A DNA stretch of 64,000 bases. Source: Patescibacteria group bacterium. Its GTDB lineage: Bacteria; Patescibacteriota; Kazan-3B-28. Below the pieces are notes generated by a model. The model made no database searches. It worked only from the letters and a program-made list of their open reading frames with translations, and was not told the DNA's origin. This document shows, in pieces, positions 49,504 through 57,973 of the stretch. The DNA lies in assembly GCA_041389145.1 (NCBI GenBank), contig JAWKSK010000002.1, positions 3,311 to 67,310 of the forward strand, written 5' to 3'. How positions within the stretch are numbered: the first letter of the stretch is position 1; the number at the start of each line of letters is the position of its first letter. Position numbers and translations under genes: made by a program.

Positions 49504-50391
49504 ATGATTGGCAAGAAGATCCAGGTCTTAGACCATGGATACATTCGGCTTGTTGACTACATGGGTGTACAGGCCAGCGTAGCTCAAGCTGCCAGGGTTT
49601 CCTATCAGAAGGGAACCAGAAGGACTAGCGAGGATGTTGGTCTGGTTCGTAGGTTATATCGTGATCGTCACACGAGTCCATTGGAACAGCTTGTGATTAC
49701 GTTTGATCTGCGGATGCCAATCTTCGTGATGAGACAGTGGGTTCGACATCGAACTGCTCGTCTGAACGAAGAATCTGCTCGGTATTCTGAACTGGAGTCC
49801 ATTTTCTATCTCCCCAAGAGAGAGAGGATGGTGAGTCAGTCCAAGAAGAACAAGCAGGGAGGAGGTAAACTGCTCGATGATGCAGTTGCCGATCATATTG
49901 CTCAGCTGTTGCTGGGTGGGCAGGATGCGGCAGCTCGTGATTATGCAGAAATGATTAGGGCAGATTACGCCAGGGAGTTGGCACGGATCAACTTGCCACT
50001 CTCAATCTACACGAGAGTGAGGTGGCAGATTGATCTGCACAACCTTCTTCACTTCCTGTCACTGAGAAATGATCCTCATGCCCAGTATGAAATCAGGGTC
50101 TACGCCGAGCTCATTTACGAGAAGTATCTGAAGATCTGGGTGCCTGACATCTGTAGGGCATTTGAGGACCACACGCTCAAGTCTCTCCGCTATTCATTCA
50201 TTGACCAGCAAGTCGTGGAATGGGCAAGGAAGGAGTATTCTGGTGGAAACTGGGTTGATTCTCTGAGGCTGGTGCTGGCAGCCAATCCCAAGGATGAGGA
50301 TTCTCAGTTGTTCAGGCTGGCTAAGCAGTTCAATGTCAGTCCTGGTGAGATTAGCGAGCTGTTATCGAAGCTTGTCTTTCTCGAGAGTTAG
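49504..50391 (+). CDS. thyX: Flavin-dependent thymidylate synthase ThyX
   Basis: ThyX signature RHRTARLNEESARY (RHR-x7-S-x-RY); N-terminus MIGKKIQVLDHGYIRLVDYMG matches ThyX starts. In-frame TTG at 49453 is possible. GC-rich. Confidence 0.85.
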   Translation: MIGKKIQVLDHGYIRLVDYMGVQASVAQAARVSYQKGTRRTSEDVGLVRRLYRDRHTSPLEQLVITFDLRMPIFVMRQWVRHRTARLNEESARYSELESIFYLPKRERMVSQSKKNKQGGGKLLDDAVADHIAQLLLGGQDAAARDYAEMIRADYARELARINLPLSIYTRVRWQIDLHNLLHFLSLRNDPHAQYEIRVYAELIYEKYLKIWVPDICRAFEDHTLKSLRYSFIDQQVVEWARKEYSGGNWVDSLRLVLAANPKDEDSQLFRLAKQFNVSPGEISELLSKLVFLES

Positions 50392-50410
50392 TCTATCGGT
50401 TCGGAGTTGG

Positions 50411-50448
50411 TGTCTTAGGATGCCAGCTCCGATTTTTTTGTTGACACA
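50411..50448 (+). terminator. Rho-independent terminator after thyX
   Basis: cggagttgg tgtcttaggatg ccagctccg atttttttg (one G-U pair in the stem). Confidence 0.6.
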
Positions 50449-50449
50449 G

Positions 50450-50478
50450 ATTGGGTTTTTGCATAAGATGGTCGCAGT
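50450..50478 (+). promoter_or_regulatory. Sigma-70-like promoter for rplJL
   Basis: TTGACA-17 nt-TAAGAT. Confidence 0.5.
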
Positions 50479-50633
50479 CTCCTTTATAGACAGTGGGCAC
50501 AAAAGATAAGCCCCACCGAGAAGGACATAATTAAGCCTTGGGCCAGATTTTGGTCAGATGAGGATTTAATCGTGTTCTGCTCGGTGAGCAGAATTTTTTG
50601 TTGCTCGATATATCAGCTTTAAAAGTTGCAGGT
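50479..50633 (+). promoter_or_regulatory. rplJ 5' leader with attenuator-like hairpin (L10 autoregulatory leader candidate)
   Basis: 155-nt structured leader; hairpin ttctgctc ggtg agcagaa followed by ttttttg at 50575-50600, just upstream of the rplJ ATG. Confidence 0.4.
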
Positions 50634-51164
50634 ATGCCAAAAACACGCCAACAGAAGGCAGAGGTCATTGACTCTCTCACTTCGGCGCTAAAGGCTACTA
50701 CCCACGGGGTGCTGACTGACTTTGATAAGTTGACGATGGCTGACCTTGATGCCTTTAGAGCAACTGCTCGTGAAAAGGGTGTGAAGTATACAGTGGTCAA
50801 ACCAACCTTGGTCCAGATTGCTGCTGAAAATGCAGGAATCACTGGTCTCGACATTGCCAAAACCGGTAAAAGCTACGGCTTAGCCTGGGGTGAAGGTATT
50901 GATGAGGTCGGAATCTCCAAGTTGGTAAATGACTTTGCCAAGAAAAGTGATGATCGGGTGCATATTGCTCTCGGTATCATTGATGGCAAGATCGTTGACG
51001 CCGAGACAGTAAAGCAACTTGCCAGCTTGCCATCTTACGAAGAGTTGATGGCTCGTGTAGTGGGCAGTATGAATGCGCCAATCGGAAACTTTGTCTATTC
51101 CTTGAACTGGAATACTCAGAGCTTCTACAACGTTATAAAAGCAATTCAAGCAAGCAAAGCTTAG
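50634..51164 (+). CDS. rplJ: 50S ribosomal protein L10
   Basis: Start at MPKTRQQKAEVID; the ORF-track TTG extension was rejected. About 176 aa, upstream of rplL. Confidence 0.9.
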   Translation: MPKTRQQKAEVIDSLTSALKATTHGVLTDFDKLTMADLDAFRATAREKGVKYTVVKPTLVQIAAENAGITGLDIAKTGKSYGLAWGEGIDEVGISKLVNDFAKKSDDRVHIALGIIDGKIVDAETVKQLASLPSYEELMARVVGSMNAPIGNFVYSLNWNTQSFYNVIKAIQASKA

Positions 51165-51190
51165 TCTTGAATCTAATCTAGATAATTACT

Positions 51191-51697
51191 ATGGAAGAAA
51201 ACACAACTCCAGAAGAGCAGACTACTCCTGAGGTAGCTGCTGAAGAAACCACTGCTGAAGCTACTGTAGCTGAAGCTCCAGCTGCTGAAGAGAAGAAAGA
51301 AGTAGATACTTCTAACCTCTCTAAGAAAGCTATGGAAGTACTTGATACCGTTTCTGAGATGACCGTTTTGGAACTCGCAGAATTGGTAAAGGTAATGGAA
51401 GATAAGTTTGGTGTATCCGCAGCTCCTGCAGCAGTTGCAGTTGCTGGTGGTGCCGTAGCTGGTGGCGGTGAAGCCGCTGAAGAAAAGGATGAATTCACTG
51501 TTAAGATCACCGATGCTGGTGCTAACAAGATTGCAGTTATTAAGGCTGTACGTGAAGTCACCGAACTCGGTTTGAAGGAAGCTAAGGATCTTGTAGATGC
51601 AGCTCCTGCAACCGTAAAGGAAAACGTTAAGAAGGATGCCGCTAACGAAATGAAGGCAAAGCTTGAAGAAGCTGGTGCCAAGGTAGAACTTGCTTAA
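51191..51697 (+). CDS. rplL: 50S ribosomal protein L7/L12
   Basis: Ala/Glu-rich hinge and conserved C-terminal domain ([38 protein letters not shown]...[11 protein letters not shown]). Confidence 0.95.
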   Translation: MEENTTPEEQTTPEVAAEETTAEATVAEAPAAEEKKEVDTSNLSKKAMEVLDTVSEMTVLELAELVKVMEDKFGVSAAPAAVAVAGGAVAGGGEAAEEKDEFTVKITDAGANKIAVIKAVREVTELGLKEAKDLVDAAPATVKENVKKDAANEMKAKLEEAGAKVELA

Positions 51698-51710
51698 TTA
51701 AGCTGATAAT

Positions 51711-51740
51711 CATAAAGCCCCTCAACTGAGGGGTTTTATG
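51711..51740. terminator. Rho-independent terminator after rplL (shared with the convergent minus ORF)
   Basis: aaagcccctc aact gaggggtttt atgatgc. Confidence 0.6.
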
Positions 51741-52158
51741 ATGCTTTATTGCTAAGTTGGATCACCCAGTATTCTTGAACCTCTTTTCTTCTAAGAGCTT
51801 CACAACGGTGATTGCCGTCGGTAATATCGCTTGGGTTTCCCCAGAAATCAGTGGTGATAATGGGTGGAGGAACCCATCCTTCATCAATAAGTCTTATGAA
51901 TTTGGAAATATTGTATTCCCAATCATTATCCGTCCATTTACGATTACTGCCTGGCGGTCCGACTTGAATATTTAGAGAGTCTAGGGGTTCGAGTGTTAGA
52001 GACTGAACTAAAACTTTGTTTTCTAGGTTCTCAAGAACTTCTGCGAGCTTGAGGTTGTTACCTTCATGTTTGAGATAATCAACGCACCATTCTTGTAGAC
52101 GATTTTCTTGATAGGCCTGAGTGGCTGATTCGATATTCCATTGATGGTGGTTAATCAT
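51736..52158 (-). CDS. Small protein with C-terminal ParB/sulfiredoxin-like (DGxHR) domain
   Basis: C-terminal GWVPPPIITTDFWGNPSDITDGNHRCEALRRKEVQEYWVI matches the ParB N-terminal domain/Srx pattern. Start set at MINHHQW to avoid overlap with tgt; the ORF track extends to 52266. Confidence 0.45.
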   Translation of the reverse strand: MINHHQWNIESATQAYQENRLQEWCVDYLKHEGNNLKLAEVLENLENKVLVQSLTLEPLDSLNIQVGPPGSNRKWTDNDWEYNISKFIRLIDEGWVPPPIITTDFWGNPSDITDGNHRCEALRRKEVQEYWVIQLSNKAS

Positions 52159-52191
52159 AGGGTTATTGTATACGAAATGTGTTAATGTGTT

Positions 52192-53298
52192 TTGGATATG
52201 GCAATAGAATTTGATATTAAACACAGGCAAAAAAGAGCCAGGTTGGGTGTCGTTCACACTGACCATGGTAGTTTTACAACTCCCACGGTAACCACTAACT
52301 TTACACCAGCATTGCTGAGAACTGGATTAACTCCAGATGAAGTAGCAGAGCTGGGAGTTGAGTTGTTGTTGGTCAATACATTGCATGCAGAACTAGCAGG
52401 GGTAGATGACGTGCATCGGTTTTTGAATTGGAATGGTCCAGTAATTGCTGATTCGGGTGGGTATCAGATGATTAGTTTGGCGCAGAAGTTAAAGATCCAA
52501 AACGATGGAGTCGAATTTGAAATGGATGGGAAGCAGATTAAGATGACTCCAGAAAAAGTTTTAGAGATACAGAGAAGAATTGGGATCGATATGATGATGC
52601 CCTTAGATTTTGTAGTAGATGTGAGACGGCATAATGTCTGGACTTTTGTAAGTGCGGTATTAAAAACAGAGGCTTGGTTTAAGCAAGCATACAAAACTGG
52701 TTCAGAAAATTTGTACTACATAGTACAGGGTGGAACTAGTAGTTTGGCTCGGAGTATTAGTTTAAGGTTTGCAAATAAATGGTTTAGTAGGGGAGTGCAG
52801 CTAATGGCACTGGGAGGAATTTCTTTAGGTGAATCATCTAATGCAATTCATCAGACAGTGGAATATTGTTGTGCAAGATTACCAGAAAAAGCTCCACGGC
52901 ATTTATTGGGAGTGGGGAGGCCAGTTGATTTAGTAAAGGGTGTGATGGCAGGTATTGATACTTTTGATTGCGTTGCCATTACCAGAGAAGCTAGACATGG
53001 AAGATTATGGGTAGATGGGGGAATGGTGAGATTGACCCAGGGTGGATATGTAGATGATAATCGGGTAATTGAAGATGGATGTGATTGTCCAACATGTATG
53101 GGTGGGGTTACCAGAGCAAGTTTGCGAGCTGGTCTTAAATCTAAAGATGCAAGATTGAAGAACAAGACTCAAATACTGCTGATGAAACATAATATTAGGT
53201 ATGTAATGAGGCTAGTGGAGCAACTGAGGGAAGAGATCAAAAATGGAGACCTAGAGCGGTTTTATTCTGAATGGGTAAAGCGTAATGTGGTTGACTAA
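52192..53298 (+). CDS. tgt: Queuine/preQ1 tRNA-ribosyltransferase (tRNA-guanine transglycosylase)
   Basis: Aligns by eye along its length with bacterial Tgt: ARLGVVHTDHGSFTTP; ADSGGYQ (DSGGFQ); LGVGRPVDLVKGVMAGIDTFDCV; zinc site CDCPTC...H. Confidence 0.85.
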   Translation: MDMAIEFDIKHRQKRARLGVVHTDHGSFTTPTVTTNFTPALLRTGLTPDEVAELGVELLLVNTLHAELAGVDDVHRFLNWNGPVIADSGGYQMISLAQKLKIQNDGVEFEMDGKQIKMTPEKVLEIQRRIGIDMMMPLDFVVDVRRHNVWTFVSAVLKTEAWFKQAYKTGSENLYYIVQGGTSSLARSISLRFANKWFSRGVQLMALGGISLGESSNAIHQTVEYCCARLPEKAPRHLLGVGRPVDLVKGVMAGIDTFDCVAITREARHGRLWVDGGMVRLTQGGYVDDNRVIEDGCDCPTCMGGVTRASLRAGLKSKDARLKNKTQILLMKHNIRYVMRLVEQLREEIKNGDLERFYSEWVKRNVVD

Positions 53299-53399
53299 TT
53301 TTAGTTTTTATGGTGTACTTTGGGTAACTTGATCTTATGACAAGACTAGATGAATAAATTGCAGTTACAAACTGTGATTCAGCGCTTCTGTAATAGGAA

Positions 53400-54083
53400 G
53401 TGAGTAATAAGGAGAAGGCTGTGTTTTCTAACATGTTGTATGAACTCAGGTACTTCCTGGGCAAGAACTGGCCGATTGTCAGCGTGATTGCTCTTGGGGT
53501 GATCCTGTTCTTCACCCAGAGCACGTGGATGCCGATGGTGGAAATGATGTCAAAGCCGACCGCGGCACATGCTCAGGCCAGCGTTGACACTGGAGCTCAG
53601 AGTCTGATGGCCGAGATGGCTGCAAACCCGGATGACCCCAACTTCGGCGGAGGTGCTGTGAGTAGCCCTGATGATTCAAGCGTGCCAGCCAAGGGTGGAC
53701 GGGTGAATGCTTCTGACCTGACACCATGTCGCAATCAGCCAGTTATGGGTTCAGAGCTGGGTCCTGCCTATCTTGGTGCCAACGTTCAACTTCCAGCTAC
53801 CATTAACCGTATCAGTTCCGATACTATCTTCTTCAAGTGTAGCGGTGATATAGCCAGCAAGGTTGAATACGATGGTTTGTACTATGTGCAAATCATGGAC
53901 GAACCGGTGAAGTGGGCGGGGTCCAGTTCCTATGGTTCGGCGGCAGTGGCTCGGCCATGTGAAGTGAAGAAGGTGCGGGGTGGCGTTGAATGTACTCTGG
54001 TTGGAATGGAGCGAGGCAAGTCCTACCTGATACCAGATGCGGCATCTAACACCAGCTCAAGAGCCTACCTGGTTCGCAAGTAG
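53400..54083 (+). CDS. Hypothetical secreted/membrane-anchored protein, strongly GC-rich
   Basis: 227 aa; N-terminal TM/signal anchor (WPIVSVIALGVILFF); four Cys; G+C clearly above all surrounding genes (about 55-58% by eye). Confidence 0.45.
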   Translation: MSNKEKAVFSNMLYELRYFLGKNWPIVSVIALGVILFFTQSTWMPMVEMMSKPTAAHAQASVDTGAQSLMAEMAANPDDPNFGGGAVSSPDDSSVPAKGGRVNASDLTPCRNQPVMGSELGPAYLGANVQLPATINRISSDTIFFKCSGDIASKVEYDGLYYVQIMDEPVKWAGSSSYGSAAVARPCEVKKVRGGVECTLVGMERGKSYLIPDAASNTSSRAYLVRK

Positions 54084-54104
54084 GAAGAACATCTAGTCAC
54101 AACG

Positions 54105-54140
54105 AAAAGGTGAGTCGCATGGAAGCGGCCCACCTTTTTT
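54105..54140. terminator. Hairpin between convergent genes
   Basis: aaaaggtg ...18-nt loop... cacctttttt. Confidence 0.4.
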
Positions 54141-54155
54141 CAATACCAGTATTGT

Positions 54156-55139
54156 TTAGAAGAGGCTATTAAAGAAGTTAACGATGCCGGTTACCGCATT
54201 GTTAATTACAGTTTGGAGCTGCTGAGAAAGTGTAGGTGAAGTTGGTTCTTGGGTAACAGGATCTGGTTCAGAAGTGGTTGCAGGTGGGGTGATTGTAGTT
54301 CCGGTTCCTGTTGTGAGGTTTGGATTGGTCACCACCACTCTAGCCGATGCGGATAGATTTCCATATGAAGCGGTAATCTGTACGTCGCCAGTAGCAATTC
54401 CGGTAACGGTGCCATCGTTTGCTACGGTGGCAATATTTGAGTTGCTGGTTCTCCAGGAGACAGCACCAGAAATATTTACATTGTTGTTTTTGTCATCTAA
54501 TGCGAGGACTAGGAATTTACGGGTAGAGCCAATGTTTAACTCTGTGGAGGTTGGAGCAATGTAGATAGCTTTAACGGTGGTGGTAGGAATGAGTGGGGTG
54601 GTACCAGGTGCGGTTTTGCTAAGTGATCTGAGGCTAACGCTTCCGTCTGTAATGATTTGAAGATTTTTAGTTCCTGATAAATCTAATGGTTGGGAACGAG
54701 AGGTTACAAGTTGATCGTTTACTAAAATCTGAGCATCTCTTCCGTCTCCACTAAAGTCGAGATACCAAGGGGTGGAGTTGAGGCTGTCGTCTAGAGCAAG
54801 GTTTAGCTGGTAGCGGTCGTTAGGATTAATGAGTTCAACACTCTGGTCGGTAAAGTACTGGGAACCACCTTCTAGGTGATTGATGTAAAGGTAACCGGCA
54901 ATTTTCTGGCCAAAAGCAATTCCAGTGTAGCTAGTACCTTGATATCTAATTTGATTGGCTCCAGAAATTGGGGTTTGGGAAATTGTAATAACTTCTGAAT
55001 TATTGCCCTGTGGTTCATGGGTGATTTTGTAGGCATAGGCTGAACCTACAATAAATGCCAATAAAGCAAATATGGCGAGAGCAATTTCTAGCTCACCATG
55101 AATGAATTCTAGTTTTTTATGAGAACGTGGTTTTTTCAT
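54156..55139 (-). CDS. Cell-surface protein with bacterial Ig-like (Big_2-type) domain
   Basis: N-terminal signal anchor; Big_2-like segment SNIATVANDGTVTGIATGDVQITASYGNLSASARVVV; Thr/Pro-rich C-terminal linker. Confidence 0.55.
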   Translation of the reverse strand: MKKPRSHKKLEFIHGELEIALAIFALLAFIVGSAYAYKITHEPQGNNSEVITISQTPISGANQIRYQGTSYTGIAFGQKIAGYLYINHLEGGSQYFTDQSVELINPNDRYQLNLALDDSLNSTPWYLDFSGDGRDAQILVNDQLVTSRSQPLDLSGTKNLQIITDGSVSLRSLSKTAPGTTPLIPTTTVKAIYIAPTSTELNIGSTRKFLVLALDDKNNNVNISGAVSWRTSNSNIATVANDGTVTGIATGDVQITASYGNLSASARVVVTNPNLTTGTGTTITPPATTSEPDPVTQEPTSPTLSQQLQTVINNAVTGIVNFFNSLF

Positions 55140-55249
55140 TTAAGTGGCTTTATTGTATCAGAAATAAAGAGTCCTTCTAAGGTGTAGAAGGCTTGAGAAA
55201 TTGAGTATTTTCTGGTAATTTACTAGTTGTCATTTTCTCGGAGGATAAT

Positions 55250-55471
55250 ATGGTTATTTCTGTGGGTGATGGCAATCCAAGTGCATTGTTTCATATTTAT
55301 TCTAAAGTAAGGGATGGGAAGGAGCTGTCTCCTGAAGAGAAGGAGCTACTTACCATTATCGATCCCAAAACTTATAGAAAGCGAATGCTTTCAGCTGATG
55401 AGCTTTATAGCATGCTAATGTCCGATAGTGGCATTGGGGCCTACAACCCAAGATATGATGGGATGAGATAA
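55250..55471 (+). CDS. Hypothetical small protein
   Basis: 73-aa ORF with a GGAGGA RBS about 8 nt upstream. Confidence 0.3.
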   Translation: MVISVGDGNPSALFHIYSKVRDGKELSPEEKELLTIIDPKTYRKRMLSADELYSMLMSDSGIGAYNPRYDGMR

Positions 55472-55540
55472 AGCACTGCTGTACCAAACAGGGATCTGCT
55501 TCGGCGGATCCCTTCATTCTTTTTATGCTAATATAGCTAT

Positions 55541-56626
55541 ATGCTTTACGCAGTTATTATTGCTGGTGGACAGGGAACAAGGTTGTGGCCAGCAAGTCGA
55601 AAAAACAGTCCAAAACAGTTAAAGCCCTTTGCAGGGGGCGAGTCTTTGTTGCAAAGAACTTACAAGCGAGTAGCTAAGATTGTTCCACATGAAAGAATTT
55701 ACGTGGAAACCAATGCAGATTATGCAGAGGAGTTTTTGGCACAGATTCCAGAACTGACAAGTGATCGGATGATATTAGAGCCAGAAGGAAAGAACACTGC
55801 ACCAGCAGTGGGATTAGCAGCTGCAGTTTTGCACGAGATTGATCCAGAGGCCACGATGATAAATATCTGGTCTGATCATTTTTATGATGATGAAGCTGGT
55901 TATTTGCAGATGGTGGAGACTGTTCAGGCAGCGGTTGAGAAAAACCCAGATTATGTGGTGGGGATTCAAGCAATTCCAACATATCCTGCGACTGGATTTG
56001 GTTATCTTGAGGCAGGTGAGGTAATTGAAAAAACAGATGCATACACCTTGTATAAGTGTGAGCGATTTGTAGAGAAGCCTGATTTAGAAACTGCTAAGCA
56101 GTTCTTGGCTACTGGTAAGTATTACTGGAATACAGCAAACTTTATTTGGAAGGTAAAAACCTTACTTAATATGTATCAAGAGTATGCTCCCGAGGTTCAT
56201 GCTGGAATTATGAAGTCAGCTAGTGCATGGAATAGCGGTGAATGGAGCAAGGTGGTAGCTGAGGAATTTTCTAAAATGCCATCGATTGCAATTGATTATC
56301 TGATTTTTGAAAAAGCTAACAATATTGCCTTTATACCAGCTCGAATTGGTTGGAAGGATGTGGGTAGCTGGAAGGTGGTCTATGACGTCTTGTCACAGGC
56401 TGAGGGGAGCGGATTAGTCACTCGAGGCAAAGTAGTGACTATGGATGCGGAAAACTCTTTGATTTTTAACGAAAATCAGAGTAAGCTAGTGGCTGTCGCG
56501 GGGGTTGATGACCTGGTGGTAGTGGATACCCCTGATGCCTTGCTGGTGATGAAAAAAAGTAGGGATCAGGAGATTAAACAGGTAGTAGCTCAGATACGCG
56601 AAATGGGGGATGATCAGTACTTATAA
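55541..56626 (+). CDS. manC: Mannose-1-phosphate guanylyltransferase (GDP-mannose pyrophosphorylase)
   Basis: N-terminal nucleotidyltransferase motif IIAGGQGTRLWP...PKQ; about 360 aa without a PMI domain. Confidence 0.8.
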   Translation: MLYAVIIAGGQGTRLWPASRKNSPKQLKPFAGGESLLQRTYKRVAKIVPHERIYVETNADYAEEFLAQIPELTSDRMILEPEGKNTAPAVGLAAAVLHEIDPEATMINIWSDHFYDDEAGYLQMVETVQAAVEKNPDYVVGIQAIPTYPATGFGYLEAGEVIEKTDAYTLYKCERFVEKPDLETAKQFLATGKYYWNTANFIWKVKTLLNMYQEYAPEVHAGIMKSASAWNSGEWSKVVAEEFSKMPSIAIDYLIFEKANNIAFIPARIGWKDVGSWKVVYDVLSQAEGSGLVTRGKVVTMDAENSLIFNENQSKLVAVAGVDDLVVVDTPDALLVMKKSRDQEIKQVVAQIREMGDDQYL

Positions 56627-56641
56627 ATTGCTAGTAATTCA

Positions 56642-57973
56642 GTGCAAATGTTTAAGAAATATTTTACCTACGGATTAATCATTGTGGCCCTATTGGGTTC
56701 AATTGTGGTTGATTTTCCAGGGGTAGCTAACTTCCTAGGAATTGGTGGAAACTTTAAAGTACGCCAAGGCTTAGACTTACAAGGTGGTACCCAGCTGGTT
56801 TATCAGACCGATATTAGTAAAGTTCCTTTAGGGGAAGAGGATGATTCTGTAACTGGAGTTGTTGAGGTGATTAGAAATCGTGTCGACAGCTTGGGAGTTG
56901 CTGAACCAGTAATCCAAAAGACCAGTAATAATGATCGGGTAATCGTAGAATTACCTGGTATTTCTGATATCAATGAAGCGATTGATTTAATTGGGGCAAC
57001 CGCCCAGCTTGAGTTTAGAGAAGGAATTCTGGATAAGAGTATCGATGCTAATGGACAAATCTTATCTTCTAACTATGAGGATTGGGCAGACGTTGGTCTA
57101 ACTGGTGCAAACTTTGTTAAAGCCCAAGTGCAGTTTGATCAGAGTCAGAGTGCTGTGATTGCACGTCCCCAAATTGGAATTAGCTTTGATGCAGAAGGAA
57201 GAGATAAGTTTGCAGAAGTAACTGGTAGAAACATTGATAAGCCAATTGCTATCTTCTTGGATAACGAAATTTTATCTGCTCCAACCGTGCAGACTAAGAT
57301 TGATTCCGAGAGTGCTGTGATTAATGGAAACTTCGATATTGAAGAGGCTAAGCTTTTAGCAATTCAGTTGAATGCTGGTGCGTTGCCAGTTCCAATCACT
57401 TTAATTTCTCAGAACAACATCGGAGCAACACTAGGCAGTGAAGCAGTAGAGAAGAGCGTAGTTGCTGGAATTTTGGGTCTACTGTTAGTCATGTTATTCA
57501 TGATTCTTTACTATCGCTTACCAGGTATTTTGGCTGCCCTTGCCTTGGTGTTTTACACCTTGCTATCAATGGCTATCTTTATCTCAATTCCAGTAACCTT
57601 AACCATTGCTGGTATTGCTGGTTTCATTCTGTCTATTGGTATGGCAATTGATGCCAACATTCTGATTTTTGAAAGAATGAAAGAAGAATTACGCGAAGGT
57701 GCAAGCTTGTTAGTTGCAATTGAACAAGCCTTTAAGAGAGCTTGGAGTTCGATTAGAGATTCGAACTTCTCATCTTTGATTACTGCAGCCATTCTGTATG
57801 GATTTGGTTCAGGAACAATTAAAGGATTTGCTCTTACCTTAGGAATTGGTATTTTGGTCAGTATGTTTACTGCCATGACCGTAACCCAGGTAATGATGAA
57901 GTTAATGGCCAGTACAAGCTTGAAGAACAGAATGGGCTTGTGGATTAACGGATGGAATGGAGGAAAAGTATGA
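56642..57973 (+). CDS. secD: Protein translocase subunit SecD
   Basis: Large periplasmic domain then six TM helices with conserved SecD C-terminal region; followed by overlapping secF. Confidence 0.9.
   Translation: MQMFKKYFTYGLIIVALLGSIVVDFPGVANFLGIGGNFKVRQGLDLQGGTQLVYQTDISKVPLGEEDDSVTGVVEVIRNRVDSLGVAEPVIQKTSNNDRVIVELPGISDINEAIDLIGATAQLEFREGILDKSIDANGQILSSNYEDWADVGLTGANFVKAQVQFDQSQSAVIARPQIGISFDAEGRDKFAEVTGRNIDKPIAIFLDNEILSAPTVQTKIDSESAVINGNFDIEEAKLLAIQLNAGALPVPITLISQNNIGATLGSEAVEKSVVAGILGLLLVMLFMILYYRLPGILAALALVFYTLLSMAIFISIPVTLTIAGIAGFILSIGMAIDANILIFERMKEELREGASLLVAIEQAFKRAWSSIRDSNFSSLITAAILYGFGSGTIKGFALTLGIGILVSMFTAMTVTQVMMKLMASTSLKNRMGLWINGWNGGKV

Noticed and set aside
51178-51681. 167-aa Ala/Ser/Thr-rich ORF antisense to rplL
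   Set aside because: Mirror image of the Ala/Glu-rich rplL coding sequence; no independent signals.
52192-53298. Possibility that the Tgt homolog is a DpdA-type DNA transglycosylase
   Set aside because: The protein aligns by eye with E. coli Tgt along its whole length, including DSGGxQ, the GVGxPxDL nucleophile region and the CxCxxC...H zinc site. DpdA proteins are much more divergent. It is kept only as a low-probability note in the ParB-like finding.
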